Source: Pseudomonadota bacterium
GTDB lineage: Bacteria > Bdellovibrionota > Bdellovibrionia > Bdellovibrionales > SG-bin7
DNA: 64,000 nucleotides
Direction of reading: 5' to 3'
NCBI GenBank assembly: GCA_034439715.1
Contig: JAWXAY010000029.1
Coordinates: 64,001-128,000, forward strand
In this document: one piece after another, positions 47,109 to 57,715 of the stretch
How the letters are laid out: each line of letters starts with the position of its first letter
Position numbering within the stretch: the first letter of the stretch is position 1
The notes under the pieces: generated by a model
The model's database searches: none
The model's input: only the letters and a program-made list of their open reading frames with translations
Told to the model about the DNA's origin: nothing
Translations under genes and position numbers: made by a program

Positions 47109-49729
47109 TGAAAAGCTTTGAAGTCAGAAATACCTTTATTAAATACTTTGAGGGGCAAAAACATACCCACGTATCGTCTAGCTCGCTCATACCTGAAAAT
47201 GACGCCACAATTCTCTTTGCCAACGCGGGCATGAATCAGTTTAAAAATGTTTTTTTAGGAATAGAGAAAAGAAACTATAGTCGCGCGGTGTCTTCCCAAA
47301 AATGTGTGCGCGCCGGGGGAAAACACAACGATCTTGAAAACGTGGGCATCACGGCAAGGCATCACACTTTTTTTGAAATGCTCGGTAATTTTTCGTTTGG
47401 CGATTATTTTAAAAAAGACGCCATTCGCTTTGCCTGGGACCTTCTACTTAAAAAATATGGTTTTCCGAAAGACAAACTTTATGTTTCGGTTTTTGAAACC
47501 GACCATGAAGCTGCAGACATTTGGCATAAACAAGAGGGCGTGGCCAAAGATCGAATTTTTCGATTTGGTGAAAAAGATAACTTTTGGCGAATGGGCGATA
47601 CCGGTCCTTGTGGACCATGTACTGAAATTTTTTATGATCATGGGTCGGATTCGGGTTGCGGAAAGCCTAGCTGTACCGTCGGCTGTTCCTGTGACCGATA
47701 CGTTGAAATTTGGAATAATGTTTTTATGCAATTTTATGAAGACGAAAATGGCAAACAAACGCCACTACCAAAACCCTCAGTCGATACAGGTGCGGGACTT
47801 GAACGGCTAACGGCTGCCCTGCAAGGGAAAACTAACAATTACGATACGGATTTGTTTGCGCCGATGATTCAAACAGCGGCTAAGCTGGGGAAAGTTGAAT
47901 ACGGTACTAACCCAAAAACAACGACGGCTCTCAGAGTGATGGCTGATCATGCGCGCGCGACAGCCTTTTTAATAGCTGACGGCGCCCTACCTTCAAACGA
48001 AGGCCGCGGTTATGTTTTACGCCGAATCATGAGACGGGGTATCCGCTACGGCCGGAGCATTTCAAAAGATCAGTCTTTATTTCCTGCAGTGGTTGGCTCG
48101 GTCATTGAACATATGTCTAGTTTTTATCCAGAATTAAAACAAAGCTCGGATCGAATATTGAATTCAACTCGAGACGAAGAAGGACGCTTTATACATACTC
48201 TTGATCAGGGCACTGAAATAATGACTCAAACTTTGAGTAAACAAAAAAATAAAGTCCTTGATGGCGCATTTGTTTTTAAACTCTACGATACCTTTGGCTT
48301 TCCGGCCGATCTAACCGCGCTAATGGCTAAAGAAAAGGGTTTTGAAATTGACGAGGCCGGCTTTGAAAAAGAAATGCAAAAAGCACGCGAAACTTCTAAA
48401 GCAAGTTGGAAGGGTACAGCCATAACTGAAGATCGCACTCACCTAGTAAGTCTTGTGCAACAAGCAACTAAAATGCAAAAAACAACTCAATTTGTAGGCT
48501 ATGAATCATTCTCCTCAAAAGCTAGAGTTTTACTTTTGAGTGACGGTAAACAGATTGTTAATAGTCTTAGCAAAGGTAGTCGTGGTTATTTAATCACTGA
48601 TACCACGCCATTTTATGCCGAAGGTGGCGGGCAAATTGGTGATCAAGGCACGGTAACCGGAAATGAAGTTTTTAATTGTACCAAAGAGCACGAGATTTAT
48701 ATTCATCATGTTAATATAACCGAGAAGGAAATTAAAACGAGCGACAAAGTCGATCTCATCGTAACCACAGGTCGGCGCAAAAAAACTATGGCGAATCATT
48801 CGGCAACTCACTTGATGCATGCGGCGCTAAGAAAAATTCTTGGCTCGCACATTGGTCAAGCAGGCTCTCTTGTGAACGAAGAAAAACTTCGTTTTGATTT
48901 TACCCATAACCAACCAGTTTCAAAAAAAGAATTATTAGAAATTGAAAGACTCGTGAATGAAGAGATTGCTAAAGGAAGCGAAGTAGATACAAAAATAACG
49001 ACGCCGAAAAAAGCGGCTGAAGAGGGCGCCATGGCTCTTTTTGGCGAAAAATACGGCGACGAGGTGCGCGTAATAAAAATGGGTGATTTTTCTATGGAGC
49101 TTTGTGGTGGCACCCATGTTTCTAATACTTCAAATATTTTGGCTTTTAAAGTTACAAGCGAAGGCGGAGTGAGTGCGGGCGTAAGGCGTATTGAAGCGAT
49201 CACAGGCCCCAACGCAATTCAATATTTAATGAACGCGACAGCTGAACTCAGTGAAGCCAAACAGGCCATCGGCACCATTGAACCAATAGCAAAATGGATA
49301 GAAAAATCGCGTGAAGATATTAAAATTCTCGAGCGCCAAATCAAAAGTCTGCAAAGTCAAAAAATCGATGTCGATCAATTTATTAAGGAAGCTAAGATAC
49401 TAAATTTTGGCGGCACTGAAGCCAAATTAGTTACGGCGATAATTGAAATGGATGATCGCCAAGTGTTAAGCGAGATCGCTGACAAATTAAAGAACAAAGT
49501 GAGCAGTGGTGTCGTTATCGTCATTGGTAAGGGCGAAGAAACACATCCCATTATTGTGACGGTCTCTAATAATTTGACGGGCAAAGTAAAGGCCGGTGAT
49601 GTTTTAAAATCTTTGACTGCGACAATGGGTGGTAAGGGTGGCGGTCGCCCTGATTTTGCTCAAGGCGCCGGAAATGATTTTTCTAAAGCCAAAGAGTCTA
49701 TTGCTGGAGTTGTGCTTCAGTTTCAGTAA
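47108..49729 (+). CDS. alaS: Alanine-tRNA ligase
   Basis: NAGMNQFK, HHTFFEMLGNFSFGDYFK, HSATHL, ELCGGTH, GGGRPDFAQG. Confidence 0.99.
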   Translation: MKSFEVRNTFIKYFEGQKHTHVSSSSLIPENDATILFANAGMNQFKNVFLGIEKRNYSRAVSSQKCVRAGGKHNDLENVGITARHHTFFEMLGNFSFGDYFKKDAIRFAWDLLLKKYGFPKDKLYVSVFETDHEAADIWHKQEGVAKDRIFRFGEKDNFWRMGDTGPCGPCTEIFYDHGSDSGCGKPSCTVGCSCDRYVEIWNNVFMQFYEDENGKQTPLPKPSVDTGAGLERLTAALQGKTNNYDTDLFAPMIQTAAKLGKVEYGTNPKTTTALRVMADHARATAFLIADGALPSNEGRGYVLRRIMRRGIRYGRSISKDQSLFPAVVGSVIEHMSSFYPELKQSSDRILNSTRDEEGRFIHTLDQGTEIMTQTLSKQKNKVLDGAFVFKLYDTFGFPADLTALMAKEKGFEIDEAGFEKEMQKARETSKASWKGTAITEDRTHLVSLVQQATKMQKTTQFVGYESFSSKARVLLLSDGKQIVNSLSKGSRGYLITDTTPFYAEGGGQIGDQGTVTGNEVFNCTKEHEIYIHHVNITEKEIKTSDKVDLIVTTGRRKKTMANHSATHLMHAALRKILGSHIGQAGSLVNEEKLRFDFTHNQPVSKKELLEIERLVNEEIAKGSEVDTKITTPKKAAEEGAMALFGEKYGDEVRVIKMGDFSMELCGGTHVSNTSNILAFKVTSEGGVSAGVRRIEAITGPNAIQYLMNATAELSEAKQAIGTIEPIAKWIEKSREDIKILERQIKSLQSQKIDVDQFIKEAKILNFGGTEAKLVTAIIEMDDRQVLSEIADKLKNKVSSGVVIVIGKGEETHPIIVTVSNNLTGKVKAGDVLKSLTATMGGKGGGRPDFAQGAGNDFSKAKESIAGVVLQFQ

Positions 49730-49731
49730 GT

Positions 49732-51859
49732 TCAGGGTGCAGGGATTACATCGACCACAACATTACTGACATTCGAGTCTAGTCTTCCATCATTAGCTTT
49801 ATAGGTAAAAAAGTCCTGACCAATATAATCAGTGTTGGGCGTGTATCGAAATATATTTCCTGAGATTAAAGTGGCTGTGCCGTTTAATGGAGGCGAAACA
49901 ATAGAGTAGGTTAAAACGTCTCCATTGGGATCACTGGCATTACCCGCAACCTGTATCGTCACGTTTTGATCTGTCGCTGCACTTACATTGAGCGAGACTG
50001 GTGTATTAACAGAGGTGACAGTAATCCGCGCCATGCTAAACGTAGAATCGATTTTACCATCGTTTGCCACATACTGAAAACTATCGATGCCATCAAAATC
50101 AACTTTATTAATATAGTATAAATATTTAAAGCTTAGAGCGATATTATAGGGGGGGGCTGGAGGTATCAAAAACAAGTACGCCTCCGTCATTGTAGGTCGT
50201 CACATAACCATTTGCAGGAATATTGATCAGCCGATAAGTCAGAGAATCTCCATCGACATCACTAGCCACCAACGGCACACCGCTGTTAGTATTTTTATCT
50301 ACTACAAGGTCAATGTTTTGTGAAACGGGAGCATCATTAACAGCATTCACTGTTATCGCCACCGTTTTAACAACTGAGTCAACTTTGCCGTCACTGACTG
50401 CATACTGAACACTATCAGGACCATAAAAATTAGCCTTGGGAGTATAAACAAAAGTGCCCGCCACCATATCGCTGCTTCCCACCGTACCATTTACAGGCTG
50501 ACCAGTTAGACGGTAAGCAAGAGAGTCGCCATCAACGTCTGTCGCCAACATCTTGATGGTAACGCTCGAGTCTTCATTTGTTGTTGCACTAATGTTCTGT
50601 GCAACAGGCACGTCATTTACTGCCGTTACTATTATTGAGATTGTCTTAATGGCAGAGTCAACGGTTCCATCGCTGGCCACAAATTGAATACTATCAGAAC
50701 CATTAAAATTAGCATTTGGAAAATAGGTAAAGGTACCTTTGATCAAGTCGCGGTTTCCAGCTGTGCCATTTACCGGTTGCTTAGTCAGCCGATAATTAAG
50801 GGGGTCGCCGTCAGCGTCTGTCGCCAACATCTTAATGTCCACGCTCCCGTCCTCATTTGTAGTTGTACTAATATTTTGTGCGACAGGCGCATCATTTACA
50901 TTATTGAGATTTACCGTAGTCGTTGCCGTGTTTGAAAAATCCCCTCTGTCTCTGGCTCTAAAGGTAAAACTATCAGTACCGATGGCTCCGGCATTAGGTA
51001 CAAAGGTATACGTCCCGGTATTTACATTGAGATTATTTATGGTACCTTTTAACGGCATTACCACAATTGAATACTCCAGGGCATCAGCGTCAACATCAAC
51101 AACACTTAACTGCCCATTAATCCGCACATCTTGATCTGTATTTAGGTTGCCACTCGCAGCGACCGGCAGGTCGTTGATCGGAGCAATTGTCAATGAAATG
51201 AACGCATCGTTTGAAGTCAGCTGACCGTCGCTAACCTTAAACGAAAATGAATCCGTTCCGTTGACATCTTTTCGAGGACTGTAAACATAATCACCACTAC
51301 TAGGATTGATGGTTACTGTTCCTTTATCAGGACTCTTGGCAACACTAAAAATAAGTGCCGCACTGTCGATGTCTGAACCCACCAGTTTACCCGATTTGGG
51401 TGCATCCTCAGAAGTCGCCAATGCTGCAGGAAATGCCGTAGGCAAATCATTGACAGGCAAAATTTCAACTTCAATTTTGTGGGGCTCTGAAGTAAATTTT
51501 CTATCTACAGTCGCCACGATTTCAAATGAGTCCAAACCACTAATGTTTGCAACAGGCACATACTCGAATTGAGCCGTCATTTCGTTAAACGAATTGATTT
51601 TTCCCAGTGCAGGTTGCCTAGTAATGGCATAGGTAATGCGATTTTCAGGGTCGGCATATATGCGCGCCTGTCCTAAAAATCGGATGTCCTCCATTGTTGT
51701 TGATTTCCTTTGAAATGAGGAATTTCCGTTTGAAGAAAAATAATCATTTTGTTCTGATTTTATTTCTAAAAAAGTTTCTTTGTTACAACTTAGAAGAGTT
51801 AGTGCTGCCGCAGAAAGCATGAGAACTTTAGATAATTTATTAATCTCCATTTTTGCCAT
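49732..51859 (-). CDS. Lipoprotein adhesin with tandem cadherin/Ig-like (Big_9 / tandem-95) repeats, frameshifted at the C8 tract 50149-50156
   Basis: LLSC lipobox; repeated NDxPVA...EDxxV..ATDxDGDxLxY...GxDSF; ORFs 50144-51910 and 49732-50190 join if the tract is C7. Confidence 0.8.
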
Positions 51860-51874
51860 CCCCCCAAATAATAT

Positions 51875-51891
51875 TGCAATAGAGGGGCCAG
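51875..51891 (-). promoter_or_regulatory. Sigma54 promoter of the adhesin gene
   Basis: CTGGCCCCTCTATTGCA = GG-N10-GC. Confidence 0.6.
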
Positions 51892-52047
51892 ATTGAGCTC
51901 CTGTTTTCAATATGTTGGGAGAGTTAATTTTAAGAATTTTGACTACTTGAATATTGTCCAGACGTTTTATGAAACATTTTATCTCAATTTGAGATGTTAC
52001 TTAGTACCTGGCTTAGCTTCAAAGCGGTAAGTCAAAATGGGAAGAAA

Positions 52048-54888
52048 CTAAAACGAAAAATGTTTTCGGCCGAACAATCTCAGGTTCGCCGAAAATACAT
52101 TTTCGCCGCTAATTACTCCTAAGAAACCGGGATTCGATGACGTGGGGCCCGGTTCTAAATCAACAGATAATTTGGTGTTGGCAAGAGTTCCATCGGTTTC
52201 CCAAATTTCTGTTCCAGTAGCAGCGTCAGCATACGGGAAATAAGCCTTTCCGTTACCAACGGCGTAAGCGGGATACCCATTAAAAGTCGGTGTCACGACC
52301 TCCTCGCTCATAGGCACAAGCCCAGTGCGAATTTGTGTAACGGCTACTCCGTCGAAGGAATAAAGACTGTACCGAATGGCCGCGTTATCAGGTTTCACAT
52401 AAAAGAAAAGGTTTTGACCAGAAGCTCGGAGGTTATTGATAGCCCCAATACCAGCGTACACCATACTGGTGCCGACAGCGGTTCCATCTGTCGACCAAAG
52501 CTGTGAGGTGGTGGTCGAAGAAACTACGACAAAGAAAACCTTGTTGCCAAGAATAGCGGAATTGAAAACCTCCGTGAATGCAGGGCCGCCAAAATCGGCA
52601 AACTGGCTACTATAGAAATACATGTTTTGAGCTAAGTCAGTTTCTTTAAGGCGTGTTGCCACCCTTGTGGTGATATCCAAAGACCAAATTTGGTAGCTGG
52701 CACCATTAAAAGTACTAAAAATAAGTTGGTTTCCAAGCTTAAAAGGGCCGCTGGTAAAATTTGCGTTGCTGGGATTTATCGAGTTCACATTAAAAAGATT
52801 CGTCGTGCCCGCCGTTGTTCCGTTGGTCTGGCCAATATTAACTTGACCGCCAGCCGAGGAAATAAAATAAGCGATATTGGCCTCTGGCAGCTGAGCTAAT
52901 TGCAAATTTGCGTCGGCAAGTTTTTCGCGATTTACTCCCTCCACACTCCATGTGGCGAAAGTAAGATTAGGATAAGCTGCGCCAATGATCAGGCGCTGAG
53001 CAACACTACCGGAGAAAAATATATTTAACGGATTCATAAGGTCAATATTAACCAAAGCTGTGTTGGCATTGGTGCCGTCAGTTCTCCAAAGTTCTTTTAG
53101 ATTTTTGATGTAATACAGAAAACCGCCACTGATTCTAAAACTACGGTGATAATCACCATCCGAGCCCGGAGTTAAAGAAAGCAAATCAAGCCGAACACTT
53201 TGACCCGTTAGTGAGTCCACAGAAATAAGTTGCGTGCCATTTGTGGGGTTATTCCGAGATACTTCAACAAAGAATTTTTTAGTGGCGGTCTTACCTAAGT
53301 ATTTTTCAGCTAGGTTTTTAGTATCTGTCTGTGTTGCGAATGAATTTAACGGAAAAATTTTGGACCCATCAAATTGCCAGGGAGAATAGCGCGTGGTCCC
53401 ATTAGTCTTTGCTAAGAAGAAAACTCCCGCAGATGTGGATTCAATACTATGTGCAGGACTCTTTAGATCCTGGTGCGTGATTGTCCCAACAACTGTACCG
53501 TCGGTGGACTTAAACAGCGAGTTTTTCAAAGCATCGCCTCGTTTAAAATAAAAGACTCGTCCGTTAAATGCTGTAATTTCAGGTTCAACATCGGTATCTA
53601 AAACCTGAAGTGTATCGCCAATGGGATCGTAAACTGCCAGGTTGGGATTTAGATCCAGTTGAGAACCATTAACAATCAAATAAAGTTTGTTATTTGACAC
53701 CAGCCACGAGCGCTGTTTTCCAAACAAGAATTCTAAATAGCGTGAACCTATATTTGCATCGGTCCTCGTGCCAGCTACTGTCCCGTTAGTAACTCCGCCC
53801 TGAAAAACAACTTTGTTGCCGACAGCAGAAATCACCTGACTTCTACCAACTGTCCCCAGCCCAGTTGCATTCCCGGCGGCGTCCACTTTCAAAAGTTGGC
53901 CACCATAAATAAAGTAAACATCCGTTCCCAGTTTTACGACGGGATAGTTATCAATGTAGCAATTATCGCGGTTATTAGTGGTATAGACGGCGACTGTTCC
54001 CGCAGCGGTTCCATCACTACGCCAAAGCCTGCAGGCCTGGACATCTGGGGAGAAAAAATAAACCTCCGTATTACTCACATAACTAAAATATAGTGGACCG
54101 CCACTGGGGAAAAGGCGCACAACATTGAAGGCTTCGCCCTCGTAGCTGTAGAGGTGATATCCAGTGTTTGACGCCATACTAAATATTGTTCTGCCGTTTA
54201 AGACTACCGGTAGTCGGGGGGCGACCGTGCTAGAGAGCAGAGTCGAGACATTGTTTTCAAATTTATAAGTCTGGTAGCTGAGTGTGCCGATATTGTTATT
54301 GATGCGGGCTTTACCGTAAAAAACAATATTACTTACCTGGTGAGAATAAATATATTCGCTGATGTTGGGCGGAACATTGTTGGCTTGGGTCAGGAGTACG
54401 GGTGTTGGACTCTGATTCGAGACATAATACAGATTAGTGGCGTTCGCGCTGCTGAAGACGACACCCGTTGAGGATGGAGTTACGTTGGTAATGTCGCTAG
54501 AGGCCGCACCCACAGTCGTATCAGCCAAAAGTTTATTTGCTTTTGTAGTAGTATCAAATTTCCACAGCTCAAGACCGCTAACTCCGTCGCTGGCGGTGAA
54601 GAAAATATTTTTTCCGTCGCTAGCAATTTTTTGTGTGGGTTGTCCGTACTCTAAAAGTGGGGAGTACTTTCCTTTAAAGCTTTCTAGCGTTGAGCCAGGA
54701 GCGGGGCCCGGCATTGGTCCCGGGCCGGGATTGTTGTCAGTGCCAGAATTGTTGTCTGGGTCGGCGTCGTTTGAAGCTGTTGATAAGTCCTTTATGGATT
54801 GGAAGCTGTCGCCGCAGTTTTGAAATGTAGTTGTTGTAATGAGAACAAAAACAATAAGGCCCTTTGAAACAACTATCTTATTTTTCAA
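52048..54888 (-). CDS. Exported ELWxxDGT-repeat (beta-propeller) protein
   Basis: LWRSDGT, ELWRTDGT, LWSTDGT, EIWETDGT repeats; FQNC after a hydrophobic leader. Confidence 0.85.
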   Translation of the reverse strand: MKNKIVVSKGLIVFVLITTTTFQNCGDSFQSIKDLSTASNDADPDNNSGTDNNPGPGPMPGPAPGSTLESFKGKYSPLLEYGQPTQKIASDGKNIFFTASDGVSGLELWKFDTTTKANKLLADTTVGAASSDITNVTPSSTGVVFSSANATNLYYVSNQSPTPVLLTQANNVPPNISEYIYSHQVSNIVFYGKARINNNIGTLSYQTYKFENNVSTLLSSTVAPRLPVVLNGRTIFSMASNTGYHLYSYEGEAFNVVRLFPSGGPLYFSYVSNTEVYFFSPDVQACRLWRSDGTAAGTVAVYTTNNRDNCYIDNYPVVKLGTDVYFIYGGQLLKVDAAGNATGLGTVGRSQVISAVGNKVVFQGGVTNGTVAGTRTDANIGSRYLEFLFGKQRSWLVSNNKLYLIVNGSQLDLNPNLAVYDPIGDTLQVLDTDVEPEITAFNGRVFYFKRGDALKNSLFKSTDGTVVGTITHQDLKSPAHSIESTSAGVFFLAKTNGTTRYSPWQFDGSKIFPLNSFATQTDTKNLAEKYLGKTATKKFFVEVSRNNPTNGTQLISVDSLTGQSVRLDLLSLTPGSDGDYHRSFRISGGFLYYIKNLKELWRTDGTNANTALVNIDLMNPLNIFFSGSVAQRLIIGAAYPNLTFATWSVEGVNREKLADANLQLAQLPEANIAYFISSAGGQVNIGQTNGTTAGTTNLFNVNSINPSNANFTSGPFKLGNQLIFSTFNGASYQIWSLDITTRVATRLKETDLAQNMYFYSSQFADFGGPAFTEVFNSAILGNKVFFVVVSSTTTSQLWSTDGTAVGTSMVYAGIGAINNLRASGQNLFFYVKPDNAAIRYSLYSFDGVAVTQIRTGLVPMSEEVVTPTFNGYPAYAVGNGKAYFPYADAATGTEIWETDGTLANTKLSVDLEPGPTSSNPGFLGVISGENVFSANLRLFGRKHFSF

Positions 54889-54909
54889 ATTCCCTCCGAA
54901 GAACCTTAC

Positions 54910-57111
54910 TTATAATTCATTAATCCAATCGCGGAATATTTTTTCCACTGCAGGATCAAGAATTTGATTCAGTAGCGGTGGTGGCATCGGCAATGCTACA
55001 TTTGTTGCCCGGATATAAATTCGACTCGCCAAGGGATTTTTAGCCACTACTCTAGGTGGTGCGGCAATTAATGTTACATATGCGTTTTCTGTCTCGAGAC
55101 TTACCGCTGTGCTCGAGTGCCACAGATTTAGCCCCACAACGGCCGCTGGCCCGGTCGGGCTATGGCATGTGCCACAATTAGTTTGCATATAACCCAGCGC
55201 CGCTTTGGCATTAGGTGAACCTTGAATTTCTACTGGGTTTAGAATCGGTCTCGTTAAGAGTCCCCTTGCTCCCAAGTTTGCCAATGAGAAAGTGCCCACC
55301 TGGCCCGAGAGTTGGAGCGCATTGAATCCCAGCACGTAATCTTTAGCAGCATTATGACAAATAATGCAAATGCCGACATGAGCTACGCTTTTATTTTGGG
55401 TAAGTTGGTTTCTTAAAATCGTCCGGTCAGCGGGATCGCGTTTAACTAATCGCCCTGGACTGTTAGGACTGGGCGCAAAAACTGTAGATATCCAGTTTGT
55501 GCTACCTACGCCGTCGCGAATTTTTTCAAAGACGCGTGTCTCGTAGTTCGCATTGTTAAATATAAACTCTTTCCACAATCTGGTTTCGCGAGGAAAAGTC
55601 CAATTATCTGTGTCAGTGGTGTCAATCTTTTTACCAGGAGGAAGATAAATAATTCTTTGTTTTTCGGCACCATCACTATAAAGAGGATATTTAGGCGTGT
55701 AGGCCAAGGCATTGTCAAAGTAACCTCGGTAGCCAGATTTAAGAACTTCTAGGCATTTAAGGTCTTCTTGATTAGGTATCGTAGGTTCGCAAAAAATTGG
55801 ACCTCTTGAGTCTACCTTTTGATTACCGCCAAACACAAGAGTAAACCCACGACTAGGCTCTCCCAAATCAACAATCACACGATCGCCTAAAATATCAAAG
55901 AAGCTTAGGCCCTCGCTATTGCCAGAGCTGGTATTAACAATCAATTTTGCACTCGGGATTGGCCGTCTCAGATCTATGGCATATAATTTTCCACCAATAT
56001 TATTAAAATAGGCCACGCCATCAATTGTTTCTGTGAGTAATCCTCCGTTATTCGGCAATAGCATCTGAGGCGCTTTAAGACTATACTGGTTACTCCTATC
56101 AACCTGGTGAAGGACGAGCCCACTTTGGGAACCAATTGTCCCGAGGCCAGCAAAATAGTCTCCGTAAATGGTATCACAGCCAAATCCATCTATTGTCCCT
56201 AACGGAAGATATTGCCCCTGAGTAAATCTAAAAATTTGCGTTTTCGACCCCAGTGTCGGACTCTGAATATGAACAACTAAATAATCAGAACTAATATGGG
56301 TGAAGTAGCTATAAATTCTATTGAAACCTTGCGGCGCGGGGAGGGTTTGAATCAAATTTGGGTTTGACGGAGCACTTAGGTCGTACACTCCTAATGTCAT
56401 TTCGTCGGGTGAAAAATGCAGTAATTTGTTTTCTTCGATTCTAAAACCCCCTGCGGGCAAAGAAAATGAAACTGAGGTAGGATTAGTTAAACTAAAAATT
56501 TTAATATTCTTTTTAATTGATAGGTCCGAAGAGGAAATAAATAAGTAATCACTGTGTATGTCCGCATTATCTAGTTTTGTTCCTAAATCTGGCGCAATAA
56601 TGAATGGCGAGCGCACCGTCCCGTTTACCAAGTTAATGGCATAAACCGTTTTTATTGGTTCATTCAAAAGATAAAGATTCTGTTTGTAATACTTCAAAAC
56701 CACTTTACTAAAAATTCCATTATTAGTGTTTGGCACGGTAACATTAATCTCTTTGACCGGTATGTGCGGCGTCAAATTGCCAACGCTCATGTCAAAATGC
56801 AAAATACGAAAAGCTTCTGGCCCCGAATCACTTATTGTCATCCATAGATTACCTTCTTTGTAACCGGACGGGACGGCACCGGAAAGCGTACTTGAACCAG
56901 GTAGTCTTAGCGGGGTTGCTGCCACAAAGCCTCCTACAAATCCCGCTTCTTTAACTTCGGGACCGAGTGCGGATAAACTTTGAGAATTCATGTTTTTCGT
57001 AGCGAGAAATCCTTCGCCACAATTTTGATACGAAAGCGCAAATGCGACAATCACTACTACAAGCGCAGAAAAATAAAATTTTCCCAAATGGCTTTTTTTA
57101 ATGACTGGCAT
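54910..57111 (-). CDS. Exported beta-propeller plus di-heme c-type cytochrome domain protein
   Basis: YQNC leader; YPLYSDGAEKQR...WTFP..T.LWKEF; CIICH and CGTCH heme motifs; MPP near the C-terminus. Confidence 0.8.
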   Translation of the reverse strand: MPVIKKSHLGKFYFSALVVVIVAFALSYQNCGEGFLATKNMNSQSLSALGPEVKEAGFVGGFVAATPLRLPGSSTLSGAVPSGYKEGNLWMTISDSGPEAFRILHFDMSVGNLTPHIPVKEINVTVPNTNNGIFSKVVLKYYKQNLYLLNEPIKTVYAINLVNGTVRSPFIIAPDLGTKLDNADIHSDYLFISSSDLSIKKNIKIFSLTNPTSVSFSLPAGGFRIEENKLLHFSPDEMTLGVYDLSAPSNPNLIQTLPAPQGFNRIYSYFTHISSDYLVVHIQSPTLGSKTQIFRFTQGQYLPLGTIDGFGCDTIYGDYFAGLGTIGSQSGLVLHQVDRSNQYSLKAPQMLLPNNGGLLTETIDGVAYFNNIGGKLYAIDLRRPIPSAKLIVNTSSGNSEGLSFFDILGDRVIVDLGEPSRGFTLVFGGNQKVDSRGPIFCEPTIPNQEDLKCLEVLKSGYRGYFDNALAYTPKYPLYSDGAEKQRIIYLPPGKKIDTTDTDNWTFPRETRLWKEFIFNNANYETRVFEKIRDGVGSTNWISTVFAPSPNSPGRLVKRDPADRTILRNQLTQNKSVAHVGICIICHNAAKDYVLGFNALQLSGQVGTFSLANLGARGLLTRPILNPVEIQGSPNAKAALGYMQTNCGTCHSPTGPAAVVGLNLWHSSTAVSLETENAYVTLIAAPPRVVAKNPLASRIYIRATNVALPMPPPLLNQILDPAVEKIFRDWINEL

Positions 57112-57134
57112 ATGACGTTCCCCCGACTTTAATC

Positions 57135-57162
57135 TTGTCGGGCAAACGAAATGTATACTTTA
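57135..57162 (-). promoter_or_regulatory. Sigma28-like promoter
   Basis: TAAA-N16-CCCGACAA (CTAAAG -35). Confidence 0.5.
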
Positions 57163-57265
57163 GGGATTTTTTTCAGTACTTTGCGGTGGCTAACCTTACT
57201 ATATCTGGGCGACCAGCAACAAATTTGCCGTATCAATTCGAGACAAAAACCGCGATAATATAAGT

Positions 57266-57706
57266 ATGAAAATTCTCAATTGTTTTGGTTTATTCCTTGC
57301 TGTATTTGTTTTTTCAGGTGCCTCGTTGGCTTTTAAAACCAACGATTCCGAGTGTTTAGGTTCATTGTTTCCTCGGAGACTACATGCCGTGGAGTCCTAC
57401 AAGTGGGCGACCAAAGACGACAAAACGCTCGTCGGCTTAAGTGTCGAGGGCCATACATCAATCGTGAATGAAAATGGCACCTATCTAATCAAGGATGGCA
57501 TTTGCGGAATGTCTAACCCAGATAGAACATTTTCTGCATTAATAGTTCAGGCAGCAACCGGAGCTAAGGGGCTTTATAGTTTAGAACCAGATATCTGGAA
57601 CAAAGTTGTTACTGCCTGTAAAGATGCTGAAAGCAAAACAATTCGCGATGTGGTAGCACCTAAAGTGAGACTCGGCGAAGACGCCAAAAGTCTCAAATCA
57701 AATTAA
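57266..57706 (+). CDS. Secreted hypothetical protein
   Basis: Signal peptide (ASLA-F). Confidence 0.65.
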   Translation: MKILNCFGLFLAVFVFSGASLAFKTNDSECLGSLFPRRLHAVESYKWATKDDKTLVGLSVEGHTSIVNENGTYLIKDGICGMSNPDRTFSALIVQAATGAKGLYSLEPDIWNKVVTACKDAESKTIRDVVAPKVRLGEDAKSLKSN

Positions 57707-57715
57707 AGCAATTAA

